A DNA stretch of 64,000 nucleotides from Treponema sp. (GCA_017935745.1 JAGBGX010000016.1:831-64830), one strand, 5' to 3'. Counted from the stretch's first letter, positions 51,028-59,950 are shown. Made by a program: numbers and translations. Notes: generated by a model from the letters alone, not told the origin.

Positions 51028-51051
51028 TAAAAGTCCCAATTGGGACTTTTA
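51028..51051. repeat. Perfect 24-bp palindrome
   Basis: TAAAAGTCCCAATTGGGACTTTTA. Confidence 0.9.
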
Positions 51052-51066
51052 ACTTGTTAAAAATCA

Positions 51067-51267
51067 TTATTTTTCCAACAAGATTTTTACGGTTTTTTCA
51101 GGATCACCGTTGTGATATCCTCGGCTATTTCCATCTTTGTTAAAAATCTCATTTCCAAAATACTCGCCTGCATAGTTACCATCTTTGTCGTACACTTTGC
51201 CTATGTCGCTAGTACCATCATAAGATCCCAACTTGTTACCATTTGAATCAAGTACGATTCGTGCCAT
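51067..51267 (-). CDS. Small beta-rich protein (beta-flower-like repeats)
   Basis: Repeated (V/I)(L/Y/F)D..G..(L/A)G units; GGAGG RBS. Confidence 0.65.
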   Translation of the reverse strand: MARIVLDSNGNKLGSYDGTSDIGKVYDKDGNYAGEYFGNEIFNKDGNSRGYHNGDPEKTVKILLEK

Positions 51268-51338
51268 ATTTTTGCCTCCACAGCAGTAAATTTATTTAAA
51301 CGTGAAACTCACGTTTTTTACCAAGATAAAGAATTTCA

Positions 51339-51800
51339 TTAGTTGGCTGACATTCCTCCCCAACTTTTCAAAACTGCGATGGATTTTTCAAGTCCTCCGA
51401 TTTCCGCCATATCCAAAGCAGTTTGCGAGCAATAATTTATACAATTTACATCTGCGCCTGTTTCTAACAGCAGTTTCACCACATCAGAAAAATCTTTGTT
51501 ACCACCAACCGCCCACATCAACGGAGTAAGTCCATATTCATCCGAAGCATTTACATCCGCACCATTTTCTATAAGCAGTTTTACAATGCTTTTTTGTCCT
51601 TCATGTGCTGCACGCATCAATACGGTCTTTTTGTATTTGTTTTTTGCATTCGCCAGAGATTTGTTATACTCCAAGGCGGAATACACAAAATCAATGTAGC
51701 CCCGTTCACACGCTTCAATAAATGTGTCCGAGTCCACATTTTTGGCAGACCGTTTTCCTGTCCATTTGAACGAAAGTTGTTCAATTTCATCTTGCGTCAT
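51339..51800 (-). CDS. Ankyrin-repeat protein
   Basis: TVLMRAAHEGQKSIVKLLIENGADVN, GLTPLMWAV. Confidence 0.9.
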   Translation of the reverse strand: MTQDEIEQLSFKWTGKRSAKNVDSDTFIEACERGYIDFVYSALEYNKSLANAKNKYKKTVLMRAAHEGQKSIVKLLIENGADVNASDEYGLTPLMWAVGGNKDFSDVVKLLLETGADVNCINYCSQTALDMAEIGGLEKSIAVLKSWGGMSAN

Positions 51801-51858
51801 TTTTACCTCTTAATAAAAAATCATAGACAATTTTTCCCGTTCCTTGAATTTATTAAAC

Positions 51859-52164
51859 TTATGCAAATTCTAGCAAATCTACAATTTTATGATGTCCTGC
51901 CGCACGAGCAAAATTAATTGCTTTTAAGCCCCGCACTCTTACATCAGCATCCGCACCATTTCTCAAAAGCAATGCTACAATTTCATAATTTCCTGCTTCT
52001 TCAAGGCAAGCGTAAATTAAAGCTGTCAAACCTTCGTTGTCACGCGCATTGACATCCGCACCACGACTTATAAGATCTTCCGCCAATGCGACATTGCCTT
52101 GATTGCAAGCAACCATGAGTGCCGTAATTCCGCCTCCGATGGTCTCATTTGGATTTTCAAACAT
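51859..52164 (-). CDS. Ankyrin-repeat protein
   Basis: GITALMVACNQGN...GADVNARDNEGLTALIYAC. Confidence 0.9.
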   Translation of the reverse strand: MFENPNETIGGGITALMVACNQGNVALAEDLISRGADVNARDNEGLTALIYACLEEAGNYEIVALLLRNGADADVRVRGLKAINFARAAGHHKIVDLLEFA

Positions 52165-52246
52165 TCTTTCCTCCTGATTATTGTTTCAAGCAGACACAAT
52201 TACATGCGCCTATTGATTATCAATAAAACAATAAACTTGCATTATT

Positions 52247-52867
52247 TTACCACCGTGCACCATGCTGTTCTAAAAGTTCCACTATATCAAAATGTTTTCC
52301 TTTATATGCAAGTTTTATTGCGGTGGTACCATCATTATCATCATTTACTTTAGCACCTTTACTTATAAGAAATTCAACTAAATGTATTTGCCCCTCCTGG
52401 GCAGCGAACATAAGTGGTGTAAAACCGTCATAGTCTTTTCTATTCACATCAGCACCTTTGTCTATAAGCAATTCTGCAACATCTTTATACCCTCTACTAC
52501 TTGCCCACATAAGTGCATCCATACCATCATTTTTTCTTGCATTTATATCCGCACCATTATCCAGTAACAATTCCACTATATCCTTATGCCCTTTATAACT
52601 TGCACAAATCAAAGCATTTTCATTCTGCATTGTTTCACATTGCATATTTACATTTGCCCCATGCGATATAAGCAACTCAACTATTTCTTTATAGCCTTGA
52701 AGAGATGCAATAAGTAATACAGTCATACCATTTTCTTTTTTAATATCTGCTAGTTGTCTATCTTTTTCTAATGCGGTTTTTACGTAAGCAACATCATTAG
52801 TTGTACAAGCATAGACGAATTTATCTTTTTCCATCTCTTCACTTTCGTTTTTTTCTCTATAATTCAT
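52247..52867 (-). CDS. Ankyrin-repeat protein
   Basis: Five ankyrin repeats, e.g. GMDALMWASSRGYKDVAELLIDKGADVN. Confidence 0.92.
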   Translation of the reverse strand: MNYREKNESEEMEKDKFVYACTTNDVAYVKTALEKDRQLADIKKENGMTVLLIASLQGYKEIVELLISHGANVNMQCETMQNENALICASYKGHKDIVELLLDNGADINARKNDGMDALMWASSRGYKDVAELLIDKGADVNRKDYDGFTPLMFAAQEGQIHLVEFLISKGAKVNDDNDGTTAIKLAYKGKHFDIVELLEQHGARW

Positions 52868-52968
52868 AAAAAGCTCCTATTTATTTTAAACGGGTACAAT
52901 ACATTATGCCCGCCTATTCTTTATTCGCAATGTTCTGCAAAATATCGTAATAGTTTTCTTTTCGCCAC

Positions 52969-53400
52969 CTATGACTCACCTGAATTATTACCGCTTTGCT
53001 GCACGAACTTTTTGTTGATGTATATGTCAATAATCGAGCCCAGCAAAACAAGCATCCATCCTGTAAAAATTATAGTTGCACCTCGTTGGGTATCACCTTC
53101 GTCCATAAATTTGAAGTAAGGGATAAGTCCACAGATCACATCCGGAACAAGAAAGATTAAATCGTTTGTGAACTTTTTGTCTTTTTTCTCTTTTTTGTCT
53201 AATAAGGCAAAAATGCCGAGCAACGCAATGATGGCTATTATCAGCACCGCCCACATGCAAATGCCATAGCCTGCTGTTTCGCTTTTCGCGAGCCATTCTT
53301 TTGCAAGTTGTGCGCCGTTCATATCGCATGCGACTGGTTGAAAAAATCCTATGACTACCAAAAGCCATCCAAATTTAGCGATAAATTTTCCTAATTTCAT
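52969..53400 (-). CDS. Hypothetical 4-TM membrane protein
   Basis: Four hydrophobic segments; AGGAGG RBS. Confidence 0.75.
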   Translation of the reverse strand: MKLGKFIAKFGWLLVVIGFFQPVACDMNGAQLAKEWLAKSETAGYGICMWAVLIIAIIALLGIFALLDKKEKKDKKFTNDLIFLVPDVICGLIPYFKFMDEGDTQRGATIIFTGWMLVLLGSIIDIYINKKFVQQSGNNSGES

Positions 53401-53513
53401 AAAAATACCTCCTTAAATAAAATCCGATAGCAGTCCATGCCCCGCATCTGATGCAGCACTCGTTCTGCATATAGCGCAGATTATAATCTGCCACATCACT
53501 TTCACTGGCTGCC

Positions 53514-54338
53514 TTACTTAAGCATCAGTTCAAGCGTAAGATTCGCATCCTCGGCTGCTTGTTTTGCCGGATCTTTTTCTGCGGCTTGCGATTCTTTGTA
53601 GCGCGCGCTTTCTGCCTCAAGGCGGGCAATTTGCTCACGGTACAGGGCTGCTTCTTCCTGCGCTTTCTTAAGCTCCTTCTTGTCTGCGTCCTCTTTCATT
53701 TCGCTGAACAGCGCACCGATTTTCTTCTGCGTTTCGGTCTCAAGGTTCGCGCCGCCCATCACATCCATCAGATATTTCTTGCAGAGTGCGTCCCATGCTT
53801 CCTGGCTCATCGAATACACGGTGTAGTACACGTAGTATTCCTCGCGCTCCTTCGTATCCGCAGACGTCCGGCGCACTTTCTGCCAGAAGCCGCGCTCCTC
53901 GCGGAGACCGCTCATATCAGCCTTTGTCTCGCTCGCGGCAAGATACACTGCCTCAAGCTGATTCACATCGTTCAATCCCTGCCCCACGCGTCCGATGACT
54001 TTCTGAGAAAGCTCCGCCGCCTGAGAGTACGCGAATCCGGCACGGGAAAACGCCTGCGCCTGTGCCTGCGTTTTTCCTGTCGCGGGACTGACTTTTACAA
54101 TGCGGCTGCTTTCGATATTCAAGTCCTGCTTCGCCTTGTCGGAATTTCCTTTGCGTGCAGTGACAAGCCATTCGGGTGCGGCATCCAGACCAAGCGTCCT
54201 GTCTTCCCAGTCAACCACGGCAACTTTGTCGATGTCGTTCTTGTCGGCAACCGGCGCATTGCTTCCTTTTGTGGAAGCACATCCGGCAAACGCAAGAGCC
54301 AGTGCGGCAGCGGCCGCTTTGTACATCAATCGTTTCAT
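53514..54338 (-). CDS. Lipoprotein (LPP20-like)
   Basis: Lipobox ALALAFAG-C; APEWL motif; coiled-coil tail. Confidence 0.75.
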   Translation of the reverse strand: MKRLMYKAAAAALALAFAGCASTKGSNAPVADKNDIDKVAVVDWEDRTLGLDAAPEWLVTARKGNSDKAKQDLNIESSRIVKVSPATGKTQAQAQAFSRAGFAYSQAAELSQKVIGRVGQGLNDVNQLEAVYLAASETKADMSGLREERGFWQKVRRTSADTKEREEYYVYYTVYSMSQEAWDALCKKYLMDVMGGANLETETQKKIGALFSEMKEDADKKELKKAQEEAALYREQIARLEAESARYKESQAAEKDPAKQAAEDANLTLELMLK

Positions 54339-54370
54339 TTTTTTCCTCCATTATTGATATGAACAATATG

Positions 54371-55360
54371 TCATGGGCGTATGCCCTCATACCCTTGCAA
54401 AAACTGCCCGCTGACTTCCTCCGCAAGCTTGGGGAGCGCGCGGCGTTTTGCGGTTTCAAGCGAATATGCGGCGGTCTTTTCCTGTGCCCGGCACTGGAAC
54501 GAATGAACGGCTTCTCCGGTCCTGCCCCGCACCGTCACGATGAGCGAAGGGCGCACGGCAACCGGGTCATTTCCTTCCGCGTTCAGGTTAATATCAGCCT
54601 CAGCAATGCAGCGTCCGTTGTCTGAGACGGCGAATCCCGCCTCCTCGAATTTCTGTGCGATTGCGCTCCGAATGATTCCGTCCGCGTCTTCCGCGCACAC
54701 AATCCGCACGGACACGCTTTTCTTTTTTGCGGCGAGCAGCGACGGCACGGAAAGGGCGCGTTCCTTGCTTTCGGCAAAAACCGAATCCGCCTCGGGATAT
54801 ATAAGCCTTCCGTATGCGAGCGAGGAAAAGAAATCCTGCGCGCTGTCCCACGCGTCCTTGTAGAAGGCGCACGCACGGAATGACTCTGCTTCACTTTGCG
54901 CCTTTTCCATGAACGAAAGGAACACTGCCTCCTTGGCACGAATGTCGGGAAGCATCTGCTTCCACGCCTTGTCACGGTCGATGTACGCCACGCAGTACCA
55001 TATTTTTTTGTGCTGATACGGCTCCGTAAATTCCGTTCCGTACAGTTCCGCCTGCGATGTTATGAGGACATCGTCCTGCGTTTCCGCCAGTTCTGTTCCG
55101 CCGGATGTTGAAAGCGATGTGGAAAGCGTTGCCTGCACTTTGCTTTTGAGATAACGTGCAATTGCCGAAAGCGCGTCCGTCCGTGCCAGCTCCGCGCTCC
55201 TGCCCGTTCCCCGCTGCGCAATATACGCCGAATCAGGAAACACCGACTTCCAGCCGATCACCCACTCAGGCGGACGCTCCTTTGCCGCGGCAGGCAGGCA
55301 CATCAGGCAGAGAAAAAAGCAGCTTATAAAAACGGCGTTCTTTTTCATCCAATTCTCCAC
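54371..55360 (-). CDS. Exported LPP20-domain protein
   Basis: RPPEWV...YIAQRGTG...ARTDALSAIARYLKSKVQ pattern. Confidence 0.7.
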   Translation of the reverse strand: MENWMKKNAVFISCFFLCLMCLPAAAKERPPEWVIGWKSVFPDSAYIAQRGTGRSAELARTDALSAIARYLKSKVQATLSTSLSTSGGTELAETQDDVLITSQAELYGTEFTEPYQHKKIWYCVAYIDRDKAWKQMLPDIRAKEAVFLSFMEKAQSEAESFRACAFYKDAWDSAQDFFSSLAYGRLIYPEADSVFAESKERALSVPSLLAAKKKSVSVRIVCAEDADGIIRSAIAQKFEEAGFAVSDNGRCIAEADINLNAEGNDPVAVRPSLIVTVRGRTGEAVHSFQCRAQEKTAAYSLETAKRRALPKLAEEVSGQFLQGYEGIRP

Positions 55361-55369
55361 ACTGCCGAA

Positions 55370-56242
55370 TCAGCTGCCGGCCGTGTATTTGATTGCGTAT
55401 GTGCCAGTATGTTCACCCCATTTATAGTTATGCCATATACTATTATTAACAATGGTAGCCGCAGTAGTTATGATTATTACACCATCAATCGGTGCCTCAA
55501 ATATGAATGGTTTTGACCAAAGGCAATCAGCATCACCATAACTTCCACAAATAACAGAATTTTCATTGTGATATTCCTGGCTATATACAATCTTTAGCCC
55601 TACATCTGCGGTTTTTGTACCGTTTCCATCGCCTGCATCATTGAGCCAAATAAAATATTTCATACCCTTTTGAACTGTGATAGAATATTTGTTTGTCTGT
55701 CCAGGAACAATTATGCTGTCATCTTTCCACACTCCTTCATAAAGAGTGTCATATTCCGGGCGGGTTGTATATTTTATTGCGTATGTACCAACACCATGTT
55801 CCCATCCAGAGGCATAAGCTGCCGCGGTTATCGTAATAGTACCGCTGCCCGATGCAAGAAATGTAAACGGTTTTTTCCAACAGTCTTGTACGCTGCTGTA
55901 GTTGCCGCTGATTGTCGTGCCGTCGCTGTGATATATTTTCAAGCCTATATCGGCGGTTTTCGTGCCGTCTCCGTCATCTATATCATTCAAATGAATAAAA
56001 TACCGGGTCCTAGCAGCAACATTTATAGAATATCTGTCTGTCTGGCCGTCTTTGGAAATCGTGCCGTCCGTCCATGCGCCCTCGACAAGAACGGGAACGC
56101 CCTGGCTGCTGCCTTCATTTCCGCTGGAATTCCCGCTTCCGCCGGACTTTTCATCCTCGTCGTCGGACACAAAATCGCACCCGGCAAGCACCAATCCAAG
56201 GACAAACGCCAAAAGCAGCTGCACTTTGACAAATCGCTTCAT
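55370..56242 (-). CDS. Lipoprotein with two tandem beta-sandwich (PPC-like) domains
   Basis: Lipobox LVLAG-C; two ~110-aa repeats sharing EG.W.D..I...GQT..YSI...LND..DG.GTKTAD.GLKI...GTYAIKYT. Confidence 0.8.
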   Translation of the reverse strand: MKRFVKVQLLLAFVLGLVLAGCDFVSDDEDEKSGGSGNSSGNEGSSQGVPVLVEGAWTDGTISKDGQTDRYSINVAARTRYFIHLNDIDDGDGTKTADIGLKIYHSDGTTISGNYSSVQDCWKKPFTFLASGSGTITITAAAYASGWEHGVGTYAIKYTTRPEYDTLYEGVWKDDSIIVPGQTNKYSITVQKGMKYFIWLNDAGDGNGTKTADVGLKIVYSQEYHNENSVICGSYGDADCLWSKPFIFEAPIDGVIIITTAATIVNNSIWHNYKWGEHTGTYAIKYTAGS

Positions 56243-56362
56243 GCTCACCTCCATAAAATGCACAACCATCAGTTTGTAATTACATACTGACAGCATTTTG
56301 ATTTCCTGTCAATCCGCCAGTTATAATTTACACACTGATAGTTAAGCAACGTTTCTATTATT

Positions 56363-56686
56363 ATGACAGAACACGAAATACGGATATTGTTTGGACAAAA
56401 TGTGAAGTTTTTCAGAAAGGAAAAAAACATCTCGCAGATGCAGCTTGCGGAAAAGGCCGACCTCACGTTCAATTTTATAAACGACATTGAAAACGGAAAG
56501 AAATGGGTTTCGCCGAACACGCTTTCCAAGCTGAGCGCGGCGCTTGACGTCCAGCCCTACCACTTCTTCCTGCCCGTCCAGAACGCGCGGCAGTCCGGAA
56601 AAAGCGAGCTGCTTTCGGCGTTTTCCGACGATGTCCTGAACCAAATCAGCACAGTCTTCCGCGAGACGGTGGAGCGGTACAAGTGA
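56363..56686 (+). CDS. XRE-family HTH regulator
   Basis: FGQNVKFFRKEKNISQMQLAEKADLTFNFINDIENGKKWVS. Confidence 0.9.
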   Translation: MTEHEIRILFGQNVKFFRKEKNISQMQLAEKADLTFNFINDIENGKKWVSPNTLSKLSAALDVQPYHFFLPVQNARQSGKSELLSAFSDDVLNQISTVFRETVERYK

Positions 56687-56707
56687 AGGCCCGTGCGGCG
56701 CGCGCCC

Positions 56708-56761
56708 GGTTCGTGCGGAGGACTTCACACCCCGACGGCCTGCGTCGAGGCTGTTGATTTT
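56708..56761 (-). repeat. REP-like element, copy 4
   Basis: Reverse complement AAAATCAACAGCCTCGACGCAGGCCGTCGGGGTGTGAAGTCCTCCGCACGAACC matches 12248-12303. Confidence 0.8.
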
Positions 56762-56827
56762 CAGCCGGAAAGCATGGATACTTTCTGCGATCGCATTTCC
56801 AAAAATCCGCATATCAAGGAGGACAGC

Positions 56828-57517
56828 ATGAGCGGGATCCCAAGCCCGGACCAGATTTTTCCGAACGAGTACAAGACATCGGTGTTCCTTAAAAACGTCA
56901 TCACCGCGCCGAACATTTTTGTGGGCGACTACACCTACTACGACGATGCGGACGCGCCCGAGCTGTTCGAGAAGCGCAACGTCCTCTTCAACTATCCCGA
57001 GTTCGGCGACCGGCTCATCATCGGCAAGTTCTGCCAGATTGCGAGCGGCACGCAGTTCATCATGGGAAGCGCGAACCACCGGCTTTCGAGCGTTACGACA
57101 TATCCGTTCAACGTTTTCGGCGGAAGATGGGAAGAGAACACGCCGCCGCACCTCTCGCAGCTGCCGCGCAAGGGCGACACCGTCATCGGAAACGACGTGT
57201 GGCTCGGGCGCGAGTGCCGCATCATGCCGGGCATCCACATCGGCGACGGCGCAATCATCGCGGCGTACTCGGTCGTGGCAAAGGACATCCCGCCCTACAC
57301 CGTCGCAGGCGGAAACCCCTGCCGCCCCATCAAGCCGCGCTTCGACGGGGAGCTTGCGGAACTGCTCCTGCGCCTCAAGTGGTGGGACTTCGCGCCGGAA
57401 CAGCTCGCCGACTTCCTGCCGGACTTGTGCAATGCGAACCTCGATCAGGTACGCGAAAAAATCCGGCGGATGCTTGAAGAGCGGGAAACGCCGGGCAAGA
57501 ATCATCGTAACGCATAA
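56828..57517 (+). CDS. Vat/CatB-type xenobiotic O-acetyltransferase (streptogramin A acetyltransferase-like)
   Basis: NIFVGDYTYYDD, LIIGKFCQIASG, ANH catalytic His, TTYPF, KGDTVIGNDVW, IGDGAIIAAYSVV, LKWWD. Confidence 0.88.
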   Translation: MSGIPSPDQIFPNEYKTSVFLKNVITAPNIFVGDYTYYDDADAPELFEKRNVLFNYPEFGDRLIIGKFCQIASGTQFIMGSANHRLSSVTTYPFNVFGGRWEENTPPHLSQLPRKGDTVIGNDVWLGRECRIMPGIHIGDGAIIAAYSVVAKDIPPYTVAGGNPCRPIKPRFDGELAELLLRLKWWDFAPEQLADFLPDLCNANLDQVREKIRRMLEERETPGKNHRNA

Positions 57518-57710
57518 GGACGCGGGGCTTTCTATTTCGGCGGCGTTCAACATCTTTGCGAAGAAAGTTGTCCGCGAGCACAGGATTCCGTTCGACATCA
57601 CTAACGAAGATCCGTTCTACAGCGCGGAAAACCAGGAGAGGCTGGCGCAACGAATCGCAGACATGGAGCATGGCGTGAACTGCTCGGAACACGACCTGAT
57701 AGAAGCATGA
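57516..57710 (+). pseudogene. 5'-truncated RelB/DinJ-family antitoxin
   Basis: GLSISAAFNIFAKKVVREHRIPFDI..DPFYSAENQERL; no start codon, N-terminal ribbon-helix-helix strand missing. Confidence 0.75.
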
Positions 57711-57733
57711 AAAAAATCTGGCATGATGCGGCA
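57707..57733 (+). pseudogene. Stub of a Txe/YoeB toxin gene
   Basis: ATGA overlap with the relB remnant; MKKIWHDAA resembles YoeB N-termini, then homology stops. Confidence 0.5.
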
Positions 57734-57746
57734 CACACTACTACAG

Positions 57747-58472
57747 CTAGCGGTTTTCTCCGGGCGGTTCTGCTGATTCTGCCTGCGGCGGAGCGTTCTC
57801 TTCTTCGGGAAATTCCGTCCGGGCGGCGGATTCCGTTCCTGCATTCTTCCGGCGGAAAATCAGCCTGAAAATCGCGGGAAGGTTCAGCTTGACCCGTATG
57901 CCGTACTCAAGCCCCTGCCGCATGATTTCGCTGCTGAACGCGTTGCCGCCGTTGCTCAGGGGATGGCGGTAGCCGATGAACGCGTCCGCCATGACGTAGC
58001 CGAAGAAATTCTGCTTCCAGCCGACTTCGCCAAACAGCGAGATGAGCGTGTCCTTCCGCTCGCTGTCCGAAAGCCCGTCCCCCTTGTACATCAGGAAGTC
58101 CGTTCCGCACCCCGCGCCCACGTACAGCCAGTCAAGCCCGCGCCCGAACGGATAGCACAGCGCCTCCAGCTGGATGCCGACGGTCGTAACGGTCATGCCA
58201 GTGTCCGCAGGCATCATGGTCATGTGGGAAAACCCGCCCTTGACGGCAAGACGGCTGAGCAGCGCCGCCTCGTAGGAAACCCCAAGCCCCCAGCCGTTGT
58301 TCTTCAGCCCGGTTCCAAGATAGCCCAGGTCGAACGAAAGGATGCGGCGGTTGGCAGATTGTTCCGCGCCGGATGCCGACGGAGCCAGGCAGAAAAGCAG
58401 CGCCGCGATGACGGCTGAGAAAAACCGATGCGCATCTTTCCGCGGCGCCCTGCCCGGCAAAAGGAATTCCAT
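57747..58472 (-). CDS. Probable outer-membrane beta-barrel protein (DUF3575-like)
   Basis: Signal peptide; amphipathic strands SFDLGYL, GLGVSYE, GEVGWKQ, DAFIGY. Confidence 0.6.
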   Translation of the reverse strand: MEFLLPGRAPRKDAHRFFSAVIAALLFCLAPSASGAEQSANRRILSFDLGYLGTGLKNNGWGLGVSYEAALLSRLAVKGGFSHMTMMPADTGMTVTTVGIQLEALCYPFGRGLDWLYVGAGCGTDFLMYKGDGLSDSERKDTLISLFGEVGWKQNFFGYVMADAFIGYRHPLSNGGNAFSSEIMRQGLEYGIRVKLNLPAIFRLIFRRKNAGTESAARTEFPEEENAPPQAESAEPPGENR

Positions 58473-58558
58473 GCGCCTTTTGTATCAGATTTTGCGGAAA
58501 AAGGAAAGCCTAGGACGCGCGACTGGAACAGAATGTATTTTTTTGCTACAGTAAGAAA

Positions 58559-58756
58559 ATGTATGTGCCGACAGAACGGGAAAAGGCAGTTTTGGAATTT
58601 CTCAAGGAAAAGGGGCGTCCTGTTCATGAAACGGAAATTGCCGCCGCTTTGAAAACGGTTTCCGCTGCGCTCGACGGCTGCCGTGCAAAAAACTTTGCCG
58701 AAAAAGATGAGCGCGGATTTTTTCATCTGACGCAATCCGGCAGAAACGCCTTTTAG
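58559..58756 (+). CDS. Small winged-helix protein
   Basis: EREKAVLEFLKE...ETEIAAALK...GFFHLTQSG pattern. Confidence 0.5.
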   Translation: MYVPTEREKAVLEFLKEKGRPVHETEIAAALKTVSAALDGCRAKNFAEKDERGFFHLTQSGRNAF

Positions 58757-58765
58757 CCCGACACG

Positions 58766-59884
58766 CTAATACAGCGCGTTGTACTGCCCCGCAATCCGCT
58801 CCCACGTGTAGAGCCGCTTCCCGGCTTCCGCCATGGCCGCAGCGGTTTCAGGGAAACGTCCGCTTTCTTCTATTATAATACGCGCAATGTCGTCCGCCGT
58901 TTTCCAGTAGAGCGCCTTATCCTCGGTGGTGGCGCGGTTGTACACGCAGTCGAACGCAAGCACCGGCAGCGCAAGGTTCATCGCCTCCACAAGGCTGGGA
59001 TTCGTTCCGCCCGCAGAATGTCCGTGAACGTACAAGGCCGCGTTCGAGCGGAGCCAGTTCACGGTATGCGGTTCGTAGACCGGCTCAAGCAGATGAAGAT
59101 TCCCGAACGCAGAGAACGCTTCCTTCAGCTTTCTTCCGTAGGCTGAATTCTGCCAGTTGCCGACGGCGACAAGCTGCCTCCCGGGAAGACGGGAGAACGC
59201 CTCCAGAATCACGTGGATGTTGTTCTCAGGCTCAATGCGGCAGACGGTAACGGCATACGGCTCTTTGCAGAACGGATACGATTCATACAGGGAACCGTCG
59301 CAGACTTTTGCGGCATGGTCGCCGCCGTAGGCAATCAGCTCGACACGCTTTTTCGCCGCCGCCCGGTACTCCGACGCAACGTAGTCCGTGATTCCGCGGT
59401 TGTCGCCGATGATAACGTCGGAACAGCGCACCGCCATCCGCTCGCTGAATTTCAAAAGCCGCCGTGCAAACCAGCTCCATTTATCGCGCTTCCATTCAAG
59501 CCCGTCGATGTTCGTGATGATTTTTCCCTTGAACCGCCGCCTGATGTACGGCAGGAACAGGCAGCCAGACACGCCCAGAATCAGCATGACGTCCGCGCCG
59601 AGCGACCGCCTCATTCCGTCAAAATCGTAGAGGATGCTTTCCGCGCCGTTCGCATCGCGGTCAAGGTAGACAAGATGCGCGCCCTTGTACGACTCAAGGT
59701 GCGTCTCATATTTTTTCGCCGGGCAGAAAACCGTGTACGCAACGCCCGGCGGCGTCCAGTCCAGCAAGTTATCCACAAGCGACTCGAATCCGCCGTAGCA
59801 GGCCGGAACGCCCGCCGTGCCGATGACGGAAACGCGGATTTTTGGAGAAGAACTGACGGCATTACAAGAAAACGAATTGCTCAT
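58766..59884 (-). CDS. GT4 glycosyltransferase with DUF1972 domain
   Basis: IIGT-like VIGTAGVPACYGGFES, TNIDGLEWKRDKW, RIEPENN, HGHSAGGTNPSLVEAM. Confidence 0.92.
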   Translation of the reverse strand: MSNSFSCNAVSSSPKIRVSVIGTAGVPACYGGFESLVDNLLDWTPPGVAYTVFCPAKKYETHLESYKGAHLVYLDRDANGAESILYDFDGMRRSLGADVMLILGVSGCLFLPYIRRRFKGKIITNIDGLEWKRDKWSWFARRLLKFSERMAVRCSDVIIGDNRGITDYVASEYRAAAKKRVELIAYGGDHAAKVCDGSLYESYPFCKEPYAVTVCRIEPENNIHVILEAFSRLPGRQLVAVGNWQNSAYGRKLKEAFSAFGNLHLLEPVYEPHTVNWLRSNAALYVHGHSAGGTNPSLVEAMNLALPVLAFDCVYNRATTEDKALYWKTADDIARIIIEESGRFPETAAAMAEAGKRLYTWERIAGQYNALY

Positions 59885-59950
59885 TTGAACGCTCCTCGCG
59901 CAAAAGTATTTTTATATGGAAAATTCCGATGAATTCGTGTATAGTTATAT

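Noticed and set aside
47040-53410. Integron cassette array (T. denticola has a chromosomal integron)
   Set aside because: Genes are short and co-oriented, but I found no recurring RYYYAAC...GTTRRRY attC palindromes in the spacers and no integrase.
56342-57601. 419-aa minus-strand ORF and 263-aa plus-strand ORF 56919-57710
   Set aside because: Shadows of the GC-rich XRE and vat genes. Only the last ~65 codons of 56919-57710 are meaningful (the relB remnant).
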